Part shown: one piece after another, positions 51,362-64,000 of the stretch
How the letters are laid out: each line of letters begins with the position of its first letter
How positions within the stretch are numbered: position 1 is the stretch's first letter
Position numbers and translations under genes: made by a program
NCBI RefSeq assembly: GCF_006345805.1
Contig: NC_043007.1
Location: forward strand, 73,966,001-74,030,000
DNA: 64,000 nucleotides
Source: Octopus sinensis
Taxonomy: Eukaryota
Direction: 5' to 3'
Notes under the pieces: generated by a model
The model's database searches: none
What the model saw: only the letters and a program-made list of their open reading frames with translations
Told to the model about the DNA's origin: nothing

Positions 51362-52870
51362 TAGTGGAAGGTTATGTTGTCAAATAAGTGCAGTAGAGTG
51401 GGAATGGCTGGTTTGGTTTTGATATGCTGGAATTTAAAACTGCAGAGTATCATATCGCGATCCGAGGGGAGAGTCTTTTCAACCGAAATGCTGTGAATGG
51501 AGCTAGACTGGTTGGTTAATATTATATCCAAGATCGCTTTATTCTGTCTTGTTGGTTCGAGCACTGGCTGTGTCGGAAAAAAATTGATCCATTAGATTAA
51601 AGAGTAATTCTTCTGCTGCTTTGTCTGGTGTAGTGCAGATGCCTAACTTCAGAGTATTTGTGGACCAGCTTCCATAAGGGAGGTTAAAATCACCCATCAC
51701 TAGTATGCTTCCGGAGTTGTATTTTTGAAAGAAGGACTTGATTTTGTTGAGGCATTCTTCAAAGCACTTTAGAGGTGCTTGGAGAGGCCTGTAGAGACCA
51801 ACAATGGTTATGTCGTTGGCCTTGTTGAATAGTGATATGGCTTCACAGTAGCCACTGGAAAATGTCCTTGGCATCATTTGCAAAGGAGTCATGGAGAAAG
51901 ATGGCTATTCCTCCTTTATTTCGGTCTGTGCGATCTGCATGGATGCTGGCGAAATCTTTTGTTTTCACCTCGGCATCTATGTGAGTGCTGTTTAGGTGAG
52001 TTTCAGTAAGGATAAAGAAAAGGGGTGCAGTGTGCCGTTTCGGCAAGCTAACTCTCTATGTATGGAATCTTCCATTTTGGGGCAGTGAGTGAAGGGTTGG
52101 TGCCACGTACATTTAGCAGGAATGTCGAGCCAAGGGTAGTTTGATGTTTGCATTGTTCTAAGTGCTCAGTGTTATGTGTTATGTTGTTCAGAGGTAGCAG
52201 TGAGGGTAGTTTTTGTGTGGAGCTGTGTGTGATGTTCTAGTTGATGGTGGGTGTGTGTTCCTTGTGTTTTGTATACACGGCTGCTAATAAATAGCTCGTT
52301 AGATCTCCTGGCTCCGGTCGGCTTTCATATTTTCTAGCTAAGTTAGTAAAAAGAGAGTTACCTCTTTAGTTTGCCACTTGGTCAGATGATACATTGCTCA
52401 TGTTTATATTATTTGGTGTTATGGTTAACCTTAATTTTCTTCGTTATTTGGTTTTAGGAAGTGAAATGTGGTTGTATTTTGTTTTTGTTGTTGTTGTTGT
52501 TGTTGTTGCACTCTGTTGCGGATTATTTATATTTTTCGTTCGTTTTGAGCCCTTCATATGGTGGTAGTTTCATTCTAGGTTCAGGCACATCCTTAGAGAC
52601 ACAGAATTTTGGCACAGTTTAAGATGGAAGAAGGTGCATCCGTTGCCTTTTATACATCCATATTTAGGATCAGCGCCATGGACTCTGTATTTAGGACAGT
52701 ATTTTGGGTGAGGGTAGTTTTTTTCCTGTTATACCATATGGACAGGTGCCCTTAACATGTCTACAGCATAAGGTAGGGTGGAGGAAAGAGCGGCATCCCT
52801 TGTTGTTGGTGCCACTGGGACCAAATCTACAGTTACATTCGGAATGGTAACGACAGGCTTTTTGACGCGG
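51362..52870 (-). mobile_element. 5' part of a CR1/L2-like LINE: CCCH-type ORF1 remnant + AP endonuclease
   Basis: LTETHL, KGGIAIF, VGLYRP, VMGDFNLP, EPTRQNKAILDIILTN and SD(H)..I; upstream remnant with YCPKY..GCIKGNGCTFFH..C..CLN..YHH. Confidence 0.75.
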
Positions 52871-52979
52871 GCATACAACATTTCTTTTTCGTTTGTATAT
52901 ATATATATATAGTTAATCCAAACAAGAAAACACAGAAAAAAAGGGGAAAAAAAGAAAAAAAAACACAGCAACGCAGGAC

Positions 52980-53022
<43 letters not shown>

Positions 53023-53105
53023 ATGTATATGTATATATATATGTATATATATATATGTATATATATTTGTATATATATATGTATATATATATGTATATAT
53101 ATATT

Positions 53106-53167
<62 letters not shown>

Positions 53168-54106
53168 ATGTTGTACATACATACATACGGAAGGACGGAC
53201 GGACGGATGGATGGATGGACGGATGGATGGATATGTGTGTCTTTGTATCTGTGTCCCCCACTACCGCTTGACAATCAGTGTCAGTGTGTTTACGTTCCCG
53301 CAACTTAGCGCTTCGGCAAGAGATACCAATAAAAAAAGTATGACGCTTGAAAAGAATGAGTACTGGGATCGATTGATTTGACTAAAAATTCTTCAAGGCT
53401 GTGCTCCAGCCTGGCCGCAGATCTAATGGTTAAGACAATTAAAAGGTAAAAGATAAAAAAAAAAAAAAGTTAATCAATTGTCTAGAGGTTTTCATCGTTT
53501 CTAAAAAGTAGAAACTAGAACTATTTCTTCAAAAAGAAAAGATAGCGAAGCACATGATTAGCTGCCGTAGAATTGCCTTCGAGAATAAGTAACTACGTCA
53601 TCACTAACCAAATATAAATGTCATCTGAAAGCTACCGTTCATATATCTTCTGTAAATGCATATCTGGTTGGTAAAAACTCACTCATCATCTCGCTATATT
53701 TATATATCGCTACACCGTACTCTCTCTCTCTACCTTTATCTTTCTTTCCTTCTTGTCTCTATCTATCACCCGTACTCTCTCTCTCTCCCACTCTCTCTAA
53801 CTTTGTTTCTATCTCTATCTCTATCTCTATCACCCTTTCTGTTTCTCTCTCTCTCTCTCTCTCTTTCCCTTTCTGTCTATCTGTCTATCTGTCTGTCTGT
53901 CTCTCTCTCTCTCTCCTACTCTCCCTCACTCCCTTTCTCTTTCACTCTCTCACGTACCACCTCTGACTCAATCCATCATCACCAAAAGCGAAAGATTCTC
54001 TATTGATATTAACCGATAGAAGTTCAAATTAAACATCAACTGCATCAGTCTTGAAGTCTTAAAGAGATTAAAAGCATCACCTCTCTCTCTCTCTCTCTCT
54101 CTCTAA

Positions 54107-54143
<37 letters not shown>

Positions 54144-55480
54144 AATAAACAAAAAAAAAGAAGCAATACTGCCAACTTGCTCCATAGCGTTTTATTAAAT
54201 GCAGAGTGATCGACAATCGTCACATTACTGCTCACAACACAGAGAAAATAATGGCTTCTTCCCACCATGTGAAGCTGTACAAAGTGTATCCATCTATTAA
54301 ACAACTTCTACGAAACGACGACCAGTCTGGACATCGCCCGGCTTCCCAGCAGCTTTATTCAACCTTGCAAAATTTAATGTTAGTGTGACACTAAATGCGT
54401 TCCATTTATTGCAAAAGTCACGTTTTTCTTGGTGTGTTTCTATGACAGATCTCGCCAGGTTGTTGCTGCATTAGTCTGTGAAGCAGAAATCGGTTGGTAG
54501 TCTTTACATTGTCATGAAGTCGTGTTTAGTCCTTATGTTGTCTTCTTAACATAAGGACTCCCCTTATTCTTTTCAATATTCTAGTGTTTTCGTTATTTCT
54601 CTACCTGTTATGTATTACTTTCTTACTTATATTATCTTTCTTTATTTTGTTGTAGTTCTAGAGGGTCACAATGCTAATAATAAACACACGCACTGGTTCT
54701 ATTTCACTTCTCGTATATATTCTACAGTGTGGACACTGCTCACGGACTTGCCTTTCTCATATCGGACTTGTCAGTCATGAGCGTGCATGCACGTGACGTG
54801 GACAGCCTTCCTGATCCTTTGTTCGCGAAGCCGAGCCATGATGATGTATTACTTTCTTATTTATATTATCTTACTTTATTTTGTTGTAGTTCTAGAGGGT
54901 CACAATGCCAATAATAAACACACGCACTGCTTCTATTTCACTTCTCGTATATATTTTACTTGTTTTAGTTATTAGACTGTAGCCATGCTGGGGCACAGCT
55001 TTGAAGAATTTTACTCGAATGAATCGACTCCAATACTTGAGCTTTAAGCTTGGTACCTATTCTATCGGTTTCTTTTACCGAACCGCTAGCTTACGGGGAC
55101 GTAAACACACAAACACCGGTTGCCACGGTGGTGGGAGACAAACATAGACACGTGTGTGTGTGTGACGGTCTTCTTTCAGTTTCCATTAACCAAATCCACT
55201 CGCAAGGCTTTGGTCGGCCCGAGGCTATAGTAGAAGACACTAGCTCAAAGTGCCACATAGTGGGACTGAACTCGGAACCATGTGGTTGGGAAGCAAACTT
55301 TTTACCACACAGTCACACCTGCACCTATCTATTTATTGGTTAACTATTTAACCAATTAACTAATCGTTCGATCATTCAAGCAATCAATTAGTTTTGTCAA
55401 AGTCCTTTCATCACCATTCGTGACCGCATCAATGAATGGCATGTCCTCTCTGCTACAGGTCTGCTTCAGATCTGCCAGTA

Positions 55481-56743
55481 CGAGGATCGGCTAAAAAGTT
55501 CAAAGGGTGACCAAGATACCCTTATGCAATATTACCAAACGAGGTTTATTTTTCAACATAGCCCTTTCCCCTTGTGGTCCACACACTTCTTCCATTGGTG
55601 TTGCAGTGGTTGGATCCCATTGGTGAAGAAGCTTTCATCCTATTGGTCAAAAACGTCTTCAACAGCAGATATGACGTCATCATCATTACAATACTGGTTC
55701 CCAGCCGAGTGTCTTTTCATTTTGGGAACAAACAATAGTCAGATGGGGTTAAATCTGGAGAATAGGGAGATTGATCAACCAGGTCAAAGCCACAGTCACC
55801 CACGACAGTCATTGAAAGCAAGGACTTGCATGCTGGAGAATTGTCTTAATGAAACAAAATCTCTTTCGCCAGTTCTCCTGAGCGTTTGGTCTTGATAACC
55901 TTTCGTAACTGCCTCAGCAAGTTGGCATAGTACTCTCCATTGATGGTGTGGCCCATTTGAAAATAGTCAATAAGCGCAATTTTCTTTTGCCTCCTAAAAA
56001 CCAGAAGCCTTCACCTTCCGTCATATGAAACGATCTTGGCCTTCTTTGGAACATGTGGGGAGGGGTGTTTCCACTGATTGTGTCTTTTTCTCTGGCTCAA
56101 AGTGATGAACCCAACACTCATCCTAGTTTAGGAAACGTTTAAGGAAACCAGCTAGATCTGCCTCAAACAACGTCAGATTTTCCTGTGATGTTATCAGCCT
56201 GGTGCGCTTTTGATATAGGCAGCCACCGAGTAGAAACCTTCATCATTGTGCAGAATATTCTCAATTCTCTCACAGAATATGCTAATAGCATTGGCTTCTT
56301 GATCTATAGTCAATCGCCTGTCATCCATCACCGTATGGTAAACACTATCAATGCTTTCCTCGGTGATGGTAGTTGCAGGACGCCAAGACGCAGGGTCATC
56401 TTCAAGACTTTCTCTTCTCCTCCTAAATTCAGTTGCCCACTTTTGTACTGTTGATAAAGCTGGAGCGTCATCCCCTAATCTAGCAAGTATATCAGCATGA
56501 ATGTCGTTGGGGGCTAAATCATTTTTCTGTAGATAATTCATAAAACCACGATGCCAAATTTTGTCAATTTTCAAGGGAAGTCGCTATTAGCTACTTTTGA
56601 AGTCTTCTTTGAACAGTCAGATAGTTTACCCGGAAATAAACAATGCAGTTATTAAAACTAAGTTAAAACTAAAGTGTACAATATTTCACGGCTCTAGCGT
56701 CACTATTTCATAGTCAGCCTATTAATTTTTCAGCCCACTCTCC
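55481..56743 (-). mobile_element. Decayed mariner transposon (irritans-like)
   Basis: DIHAD..LGDDAPALSTVQKWATEFRRRRESLEDD..RP; diverged ~31-bp TIRs flanked by TA. Confidence 0.8.
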
Positions 56744-57476
56744 TAAATCTATTGTTGCAACGACCATCCTGAAATACAACAAATTCTGTTTCGACATTTC
56801 AACACAGTAGTTCATAGCAAGAATCTTGCAAGCCAAATATATAAACGAAATATTTCTCTGTCTTATTTAGTTTCGTCTGTCTTATTTCTACTTTATCGTT
56901 CATCTTGTTTATACTGTTGCCTATCGTTTCTTATATCCCACTTTAATGGACCACCAAATGTGTGCGAGTGTGTGTGTGGCTTATATACCACCACTTATCC
57001 GGGTGAAAGATCTCGGTCGAAGACCGCTTGAACAATTGCTACGGGCATTTTTTCGGACTGAGACGAATAGCTTTCCAATATTCGATACTTCGTTTGAACT
57101 AGCGTTCAAATTTTACCCGCGATTGCTATCATCGATCTCTTAGTACAGTTCTAAGTGAAGATGTTGCCAAGATTATCGAGATAATCGGATTTGGGAAGAA
57201 TAGGAATGATCTTCAGTTCTGAGCTTTTCCTTGATCTTTTTTGTTGATGTGCGAATACAGATGTGGAAGTGTCAAAAACATAACCAGATCAATTTATCTT
57301 TTATTTGTTTCAGTTATTGAACTGCGGCCATGCTCATCTACTATCTTGAAAGTTTTAGTCAAATAAATCGACTCCAGTACTTGAGCTTTTTTTATTAATA
57401 TGCAGAAAAATAGTTAAAGTAGCCCTGTTATATAATCTACTAAATAATTTATTCAAACACACATACGTACTCGTAC

Positions 57477-57513
<37 letters not shown>

Positions 57514-57519
57514 ACGGGA

Positions 57520-57720
57520 AGCTTTATGAAAATAGACAAAAGACGAAGGCAGGTTTACGGAAATAAACAAAAGACGAAGGCAGGTGGAATACAAACAAAC
57601 AATTGTATTAGTATGGCGCTCAGGAAATATAAATAAAACAAGTCTTTAACGTTTCGAGCCTACGCTCTTCAACAGAAAGATACACAGAGAAAAAACACAG
57701 AAAGAAGGAGAGAAAAAAAT
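57520..57720 (-). repeat. (TA)n-flanked Penelope-like mini-element with hammerhead fold (core CUGUUGA)
   Basis: 57643-57680(-): UCUUU/AAAGA stem I, CUGUUGA plus one extra A, GAGC-GUAG-GCUC, GAA, ACGU, U. Confidence 0.6.
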
Positions 57721-57815
57721 GCGTGCAGAGGCTAGCGAATATATATATATATTGGTAAAACGGTAAGATAACAAAAGAAAGAAAGAGACCTCAATATTAT
57801 GTAAATAGAGGAAAT

Positions 57816-58019
57816 TATCTGTAAATTAATATGTGACAATTATTCAATAGCCAAGATAAAACTCTGAGTTTCGGATGCCGAAGTAGAAATCCACAACACC
57901 ATCTCTTCGGTTATCTGATGGCCAGATAACCGAAGAGATGGTGTTGTGGATTTCCACTTCAGCATCCGAAACTCAGAGTTTTATCTTGGCTATTGAATAA
58001 TTGTCACATATTAATTTAC

Positions 58020-58024
<5 letters not shown>
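57816..58024. repeat. Near-perfect hairpin: 102-bp arms, 5-nt loop, 2 mismatches
   Basis: 57816-57917 is the reverse complement of 57923-58024. Confidence 0.95.
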
Positions 58025-58078
<54 letters not shown>

Positions 58079-58436
58079 ATATGTTATTTGTCCAAAACTA
58101 TGTGTATGCGTGGGTATACGTATATATTAATACATCCACAATATTAGTACTATTTTGTTAAGCGCATCTAGTGAACAGTATGAACTGTGACTAAATGTGT
58201 ATCACTCCGATATACAGTTTGTAAACATGCCACATAAATAAACACGTAGAATCATAATAACGCCTTCAATGAGTTGCTTATTGTCTCAACACAATCCAAA
58301 AGAATACATAAAATGATGGTAGAGATAGATACTTAATCGAAAACTGTGCCTTTACAACAAAACAAGAACACAACAAGTCTGAAATTTAACAAACTGAATA
58401 TCGCTTCGTCTTCGGACACACACACGAGGATCCAAA

Positions 58437-59420
58437 ATGGCGGTCCCCGTCGCCGGACAAATGAATCTATATCCGACCATGAGCTGGGACGCCGATGATA
58501 TCGTGGAAGTGTTCAAGAAATTCAAACAGAAAAGTCAACTGGCTTTCAAAAAGCTTCCTGAAAAGTACAACCGCCGATGAAAAGGTAAGCTACATCCTTT
58601 TATGGACGGGAGAGAAGGGTTTAGACCTATTCAATAGTTGGAACACGTCAGAATCGGATTGCAGGAATCCAGACACACTTTTAGAGAAATTTGAAAAGTA
58701 TCTGGAGCTCAGATCAAACCATAGAATTCATAGGTACGAATTCCAAGGCCTGAAACAAGACCCACAAGAAACGATTAGCAACTTCCTGTCCAGACTAAAA
58801 AATGTTGCTAAGAAATGCAGATTCAAAGACAAGGACGAAAGAATTGTTGATCAACTCATGTGGGAGTGTGCTCATAAAAAAAGTCCAGAAATCCCTCATA
58901 GGTAAGGACGCTCTCCAATTGATAAAAGCAGTTGACACTGCAAAAGCATTCGAAGCCACTGCCAAACAAATGGCCTCACTTACTTTGCAAACAAACACAA
59001 TAGGCAGCAGTGTAGATATTGTATCTAGACATAGGATGAAACATATCCACAAATAGGGAACATACCAGTACTGTGGTATAGAGCATGAGTTCAATGACCG
59101 GAGGAAATGTCCCGCATTCGGTACACACTGCAAAGCATGTGGAAAGCCCTACCACTGAAAAAAATGTGTAGACTACCAAAATCTCACAAATACAAGCCTT
59201 AATTTTCAAAGAGGAGCGGAAAGAGAAGACAAAGAGATGTACATGCCCAACAACAGGAAGAAAATACCTCAGAGGAGGAATTGTTGGCAGTCGGTACAAT
59301 AAACATACATGAGATGGGAAGTGATAACCGAAAAAAAGAAACATGAGGCATACACAACAATACAAATAAATGGTGTAAGGAAATACACATAAATGGTGTA
59401 AGGAAATTGAAAGAGATGTT
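58437..59420 (+). pseudogene. Ty3/Gypsy-type gag (CCHC) relic of an LTR retrotransposon
   Basis: MAVPVAGQMNL..KVSYILLWTGEKGLDLFNSW..RYEF..KQDPQETISNFLSRLK..CRF..IVDQL, then CPAFGTHCKACGKPYH; frameshifts and stops. Confidence 0.82.
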
Positions 59421-60186
59421 GAAACTTCCCCTCTGCGAGTTTATTTTTTTCAACAGCAAAGGGAGCTATTTTTTCGGAGAAAAAAGCTAACAAAAGCCCC
59501 TTTATTCTATCTTCCCACATAGCGTCCACATAAACTAACAACGAATGCTGCACAAAGTTAAATTGGTATGGAGCTTCCTGAAAGATACGTATAGCTTTCG
59601 CTAGTGAAAGCAAAACTCTTATTTAAAGCTTGATTCTTTGGGACGAATCATATGTGAGTGTTTAAAAAAGGTTAGAATGACGATGCTAAAACCTATTTGA
59701 AACAATGGACAGCAGTCGAAATATCATAATAGCTGGGTAAAGAAGCATCCTTAAAATGAAACAACTAACAATGGTGAAAAAAAAGGTATCAACAATCAGA
59801 AGAGAGGGAAGGGAGCATCACCTTTCAAGTAACTCAAAATAGGTAAAGGTAAGCTTGCCAAAGTTTAATGCAGTTTCAAAATGTAGATTAAGATAGTTTG
59901 GTATTGGATATTCATCACGTATAGTTTTCCTAGTCAACTGAATCACCGTCGTAAGTGGACAGCAGAAATATATACTCTCTCTTTACTCTTTTACTTGTTT
60001 CAGTCATTTGACTGCGGCCATGCTGGAGCACCGCCTTTAGTCGATCAAATCGACCCCGGGACTTATTCTTTGTAAGCCCAGTACTTATTCTATCGGTCTC
60101 TTTTGCCGAACCGCTAAGTGACGGGGACGTAAACACACCAGCATCGGTTGTCAAGCAATGCTAGGGGGACAAGCACAGACACACAA

Positions 60187-60255
<69 letters not shown>

Positions 60256-60479
60256 TATAATATATATATATATATACATATATACGACAGGCTTCTTTCA
60301 GTTCCGTCTACCAAATCCACTCACGAGGCATTGGTCGGCCCGGGGCTATAGCAGAAGACACTTGCCCAAGATGCCCGCAACCATGTGGCTGGTTAGCAAG
60401 CTACTTACCACACAGCCACTCCTTTCACTTTTATAAAAAGATTAAAAAGAAAATGAGGGCAAAAAGCATTCGTTTTTTC

Positions 60480-60815
60480 ACAATGAAAAATCGTTTCGTA
60501 GTAGCCGGAATTTCGCGACAAAATGTATGTTTATTAAGCACAACAGCCTGCAGTGCATGTCGCTGGGCATTAAAAGCCAATCGCACAAACTTAGACGGGT
60601 TCTAGGCCTCCTTGAATCGATAAAAAAATCACTTTTTGCCAAAGCAACCACATATTTATAGCTTGCGAATTTTAACCATCGCGAGTCTCATCCTCACCAC
60701 GCATTTAGTATCCCTGCCAATTTTCATCTCGATCCTAGCCCCGGTTTGTCCGCCGTTAACCGTCACAGCAAATGTGCATACGATTTTCGTCCAAGGACTG
60801 TTTTATAGATATAGA
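60480..60815 (-). mobile_element. Possible non-autonomous Helitron, 5' part
   Basis: Minus strand starts a|TCTATATCTATAAAA, a Helitron-like 5' end; no 3' CTAG found. Confidence 0.35.
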
Positions 60816-61810
60816 TAATAAATTACACACATATGTTGCCCATATTTTCATTCGATGTAGTTCACGAACTTGTATAATATACTGAATTTCAATAGGAAGT
60901 ATTTCAAAAGCGCCAACTGTGACAGTTCCAAATATTGATAAAGGAAAATGTAAAAAGAGTGAATTAAAAATCAATCAAGGCATACGTTTGAGTCTAGACT
61001 ACATATATTGTTTGTACCTAAACATATATTGATATATTGCTCCCCCCCCGCCCCGAATTAAATCATTCTAAACCTGTAAAAACATATATGCATTGACACC
61101 ATCACCATGACTCCAAAAGAAGCTGGTTGTAATAAACTCGCAGGAGTGGCTGTGTGGTAAGTATAGGCGTAGGAGTGGCTGTGTGGTAAGTAGCTTGCTT
61201 ACCAACCACATGGTTCCGGGTTCAGTCCCGCTGCGTGGCACCTTGAGCAAGTGTCTTCTACTATAGCCTCGGACCGACCTTGTGAGAGCATTTGGTAGAC
61301 GGAAACTGAAAGAAGCCCGTCGTATATATATCTGTATCTGTGTGTGTGTAAGTGTATGTATATGTTTGTGTGTCTATGTTTGTCCCCCCAACATCGCATG
61401 ACAACCGATGCTGGTGTGTTTATGTCCCCGTCACTTAGCGGTTCGGCAAGAGAGACCGATAGAATAAGTACTAGGCTTACAAAGAATAAGTCCTGGGGTC
61501 GATTTGCTCGACTAAAGGCGGTGCTCCAGCATGGCTGCAGTCAAATGACTGAAACAAATAAAAAGAAAAAAATATATTTGACAAAACATGAGGTGCTATA
61601 AGCGAAGCGGAAATGTCATAAGCTTCCAGCAAAATCTTTCTAGAAGTGACTTTTCTACATCAAAGTTCCCTACGTTTTCGCGTATAAAAATCTAATCGCA
61701 AAAATGGAGCTATAACTGTAAATACTCAAAATTCACCCAGAATTTATTTCCATACAACGTCTACAAAAAGGGCCCGATAAATATAAGATCACAGCAATAG
61801 TATGTACAAA

Positions 61811-62198
61811 TCTCTCTATATATAAAGCTGAAGGTATCTGTGTATGGCAGGTTTGGTAGCCTTCAACTAACACTAACTCCTCCGAGACCCTGCGGCGCAA
61901 GTTGACCAAAATTGAGAGTATGATAGAAGAAGGCTTACTCTTCCTTCCATAGAAGAAAAAATTCAAATCTGACCATGTTAACACCAAAAATTATTTACAT
62001 CAAAAAGGTGCTTTTTTTCTATGAAAATCCCTATTTTTTACGATTTTTTGACTGCTGTGTCGCCATTTTTCGGTGTATTTCAACCAGAAAAATGTTCACT
62101 TAAAGAGACAAGATACATAATGCAAAATTTTTACTTTTCAAAAATTCCAATTCTAAGGGGTCGAAACAAACCCGAGCAACGCCGGGCGATACTGCTAG
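61811..62198 (+). mobile_element. Non-autonomous Helitron
   Basis: A|TC 5' end (tctctctatatataaag); subterminal hairpin cccgagcaacgccggg; 3' CTAG|T; no TSD. Confidence 0.85.
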
Positions 62199-64000
62199 TA
62201 TAGAATACAAAGAGAATAAAGCTCAAAATCAATCAAGACCTACATGTTGAAGACAAAAGTTAAAAATCAAGAAAAGCATGATATTCAATCAATAATTGTG
62301 AACATTTGAACTTCTGATAAAAATGTCCGTCCATGACCTGGATTTCCATTTCATTTAAAACCTTGTTAATTGCACTTATCTCTAATCCCGCTGGAAAAGA
62401 AACTGACATCACGTCATCTCATATCTTTTCCCTGTGGGATCTTGCATCCAATGAAAATAAATCGATATTCAATAATTCAAACGCTAAGAAACTCTCTTTT
62501 CTTAACACTCGTGACATTATGACGAAACATAAATCAATATTTATTTTTCTTTTGATGCTAATGCACTGTAATAACAAAAAAGGGAACACTATAACATTCT
62601 ATTTAACTTCCTTTTAAAAAAAGACACAAATACGCTGGTTAATGGAAGAGAACCGACATTAAATCTATATAATAATCTGTTTGTTCGTTCGCCCGTGGTA
62701 CATTTGTTTGTTAGAGAGGTGGGGGTGATGTGAGTGAGAAGTGGAGTAAGAGTGAGAGGGAGTGAAGAAAAAGAGAGGAAGAAGTAACGAAAGGTGACAT
62801 ATTAACACACTTAGGCCAAATGGTCACGTGGTCAGCTGAAGGTAGAGGCGAAGAACGAAAGAAAAGACGACGAGAGAAAAAGAGGGAGAAAGAAGTGTTA
62901 AGGACGTGCGGTAAGGTAAGGAAGGAATGCTTATTACGTGGTTAAAAAGTTAGCTGAAGGGAAAGGTAGATAGGGAGATGTGAACAGGGGAGGTAGTTAT
63001 ATTGAGAGAGGGAAAGAAAGAGAGAGAGAGAGAGAAAGAGAAAGAGAGAGAGAAATATAGAGAGAGAGAAAGAGAAAGAGAGAGAGAGAGAGAAAGAGAG
63101 AGAGCGAGCAGTGGTGGGGGTTATGTGTTGATAATGAAAAGCATTTTTTTATCGAACTAATTTTTTTATAACGATCATCACATACGCGCAAGTGCAATCA
63201 TTTGTCGCCAGCTCGCTTTAAAAATTGATTTTATAGATTATGATATTTGTTTATAAGAATTAATTTAGCGTAAACTCTGAATTCAAAAGAAAAATAATTG
63301 CAAGCTGCCCTAGAAAGGATGCGCAGATATACAGCATGGATCAGAGAGGAACAGTGAGAAGATATAATAGAAATGGGTAAAAGACAACACAGACTAAGAC
63401 GTGAGGAAATGAATGCAGACAAACCTCAAGAATATTTAAAGAAAGCTAAACTGCATATTATAAAAATGTAAATCATCCTTTCTTTCCTAAGTAGGTCCTC
63501 TGAATGTTTTCAATTCCATGGAATTTCCACGGTTCCCACTAGCCATTATTATTAGCATTATCACATTCCAAACACTGGAGCTTTGGATTCTCTTATATCA
63601 GTATTACCTGTTAAATTCTTCCCCAAGTCTTCCTTGAACTGCAATCAGACTTGGTGTAGTAAAAACACAGTTTTATTTCTACTAAAAATACGAAGACGAT
63701 ATTTCAAACGAGCGAGTAAAATATAGAGCAAGAATTCTAAAGATATCTACAAAAGTGAAAATGGAACTTGAGAAAATCCTGTCCCTGAACTTACAACAGC
63801 AAGTGGTTATGCTGTGATGTGGGAATGACTCGGTCAACACAAGTCGATGGGTAACTTTTAGATTGAGAGAGAGGATCAACTGAATCCGTACGGATGTAAT
63901 CTTTAATGGTAGGCCTGCTGACATTAGAAACAGCAGCATATCTGTCATGAAACTTTAACCATTGTTTCTGTTTAAAAGCTCGTTAACAATCAGAATTAAC

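Noticed and set aside
63790-63967. Possible minus-strand exon (acag|aaacaatgg ... tgtt|gtaagt)
   Set aside because: Splice-like dinucleotides and a short open frame exist, but the acceptor is weak and there is no homology cue; needs RNA-seq.

Overview
Eukaryotic, repeat-saturated, AT-rich genomic DNA. The tRNA-derived SINE families and repeat landscape suggest an octopus (Octopus sp.) genome; this is inference from recognised repeats, not a database hit. Only one convincing host gene is present: an intronless 371-aa ORF on the minus strand (32933-34048) encoding a type II membrane, glycosyltransferase-like protein, with a strong splice acceptor just upstream. The rest is mobile DNA and microsatellites. 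It includes R4/Dong-like retrotransposons embedded in (AAT)n (1-18 kb) or (TACA)n (36-45 kb), HERO-, RTE- and CR1-like fragments, a full-length decayed Tx1/L1-like LINE (19904-25190), and an ORF1-only relative of it inserted in a SINE head (12798-15163). There are also Tc1/mariner relics, a Gypsy gag, a probable solo LTR, a MITE, Helitrons, many SINEs and one 100-N gap. The most interesting signal is a set of unrelated short repeats that each fold by eye into a minimal type-I hammerhead ribozyme. Their cores co-vary at the 3:8 tertiary pair (C3-G8, U3-A8, G3-C8). One sits in a ~443-bp tandem unit interrupted precisely by the Tx1-like LINE, one is at the tail of a tRNA-headed SINE, and one lies in sense orientation in the intron just upstream of the host coding exon. 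All folds and alignments were done by eye; no searches were run.
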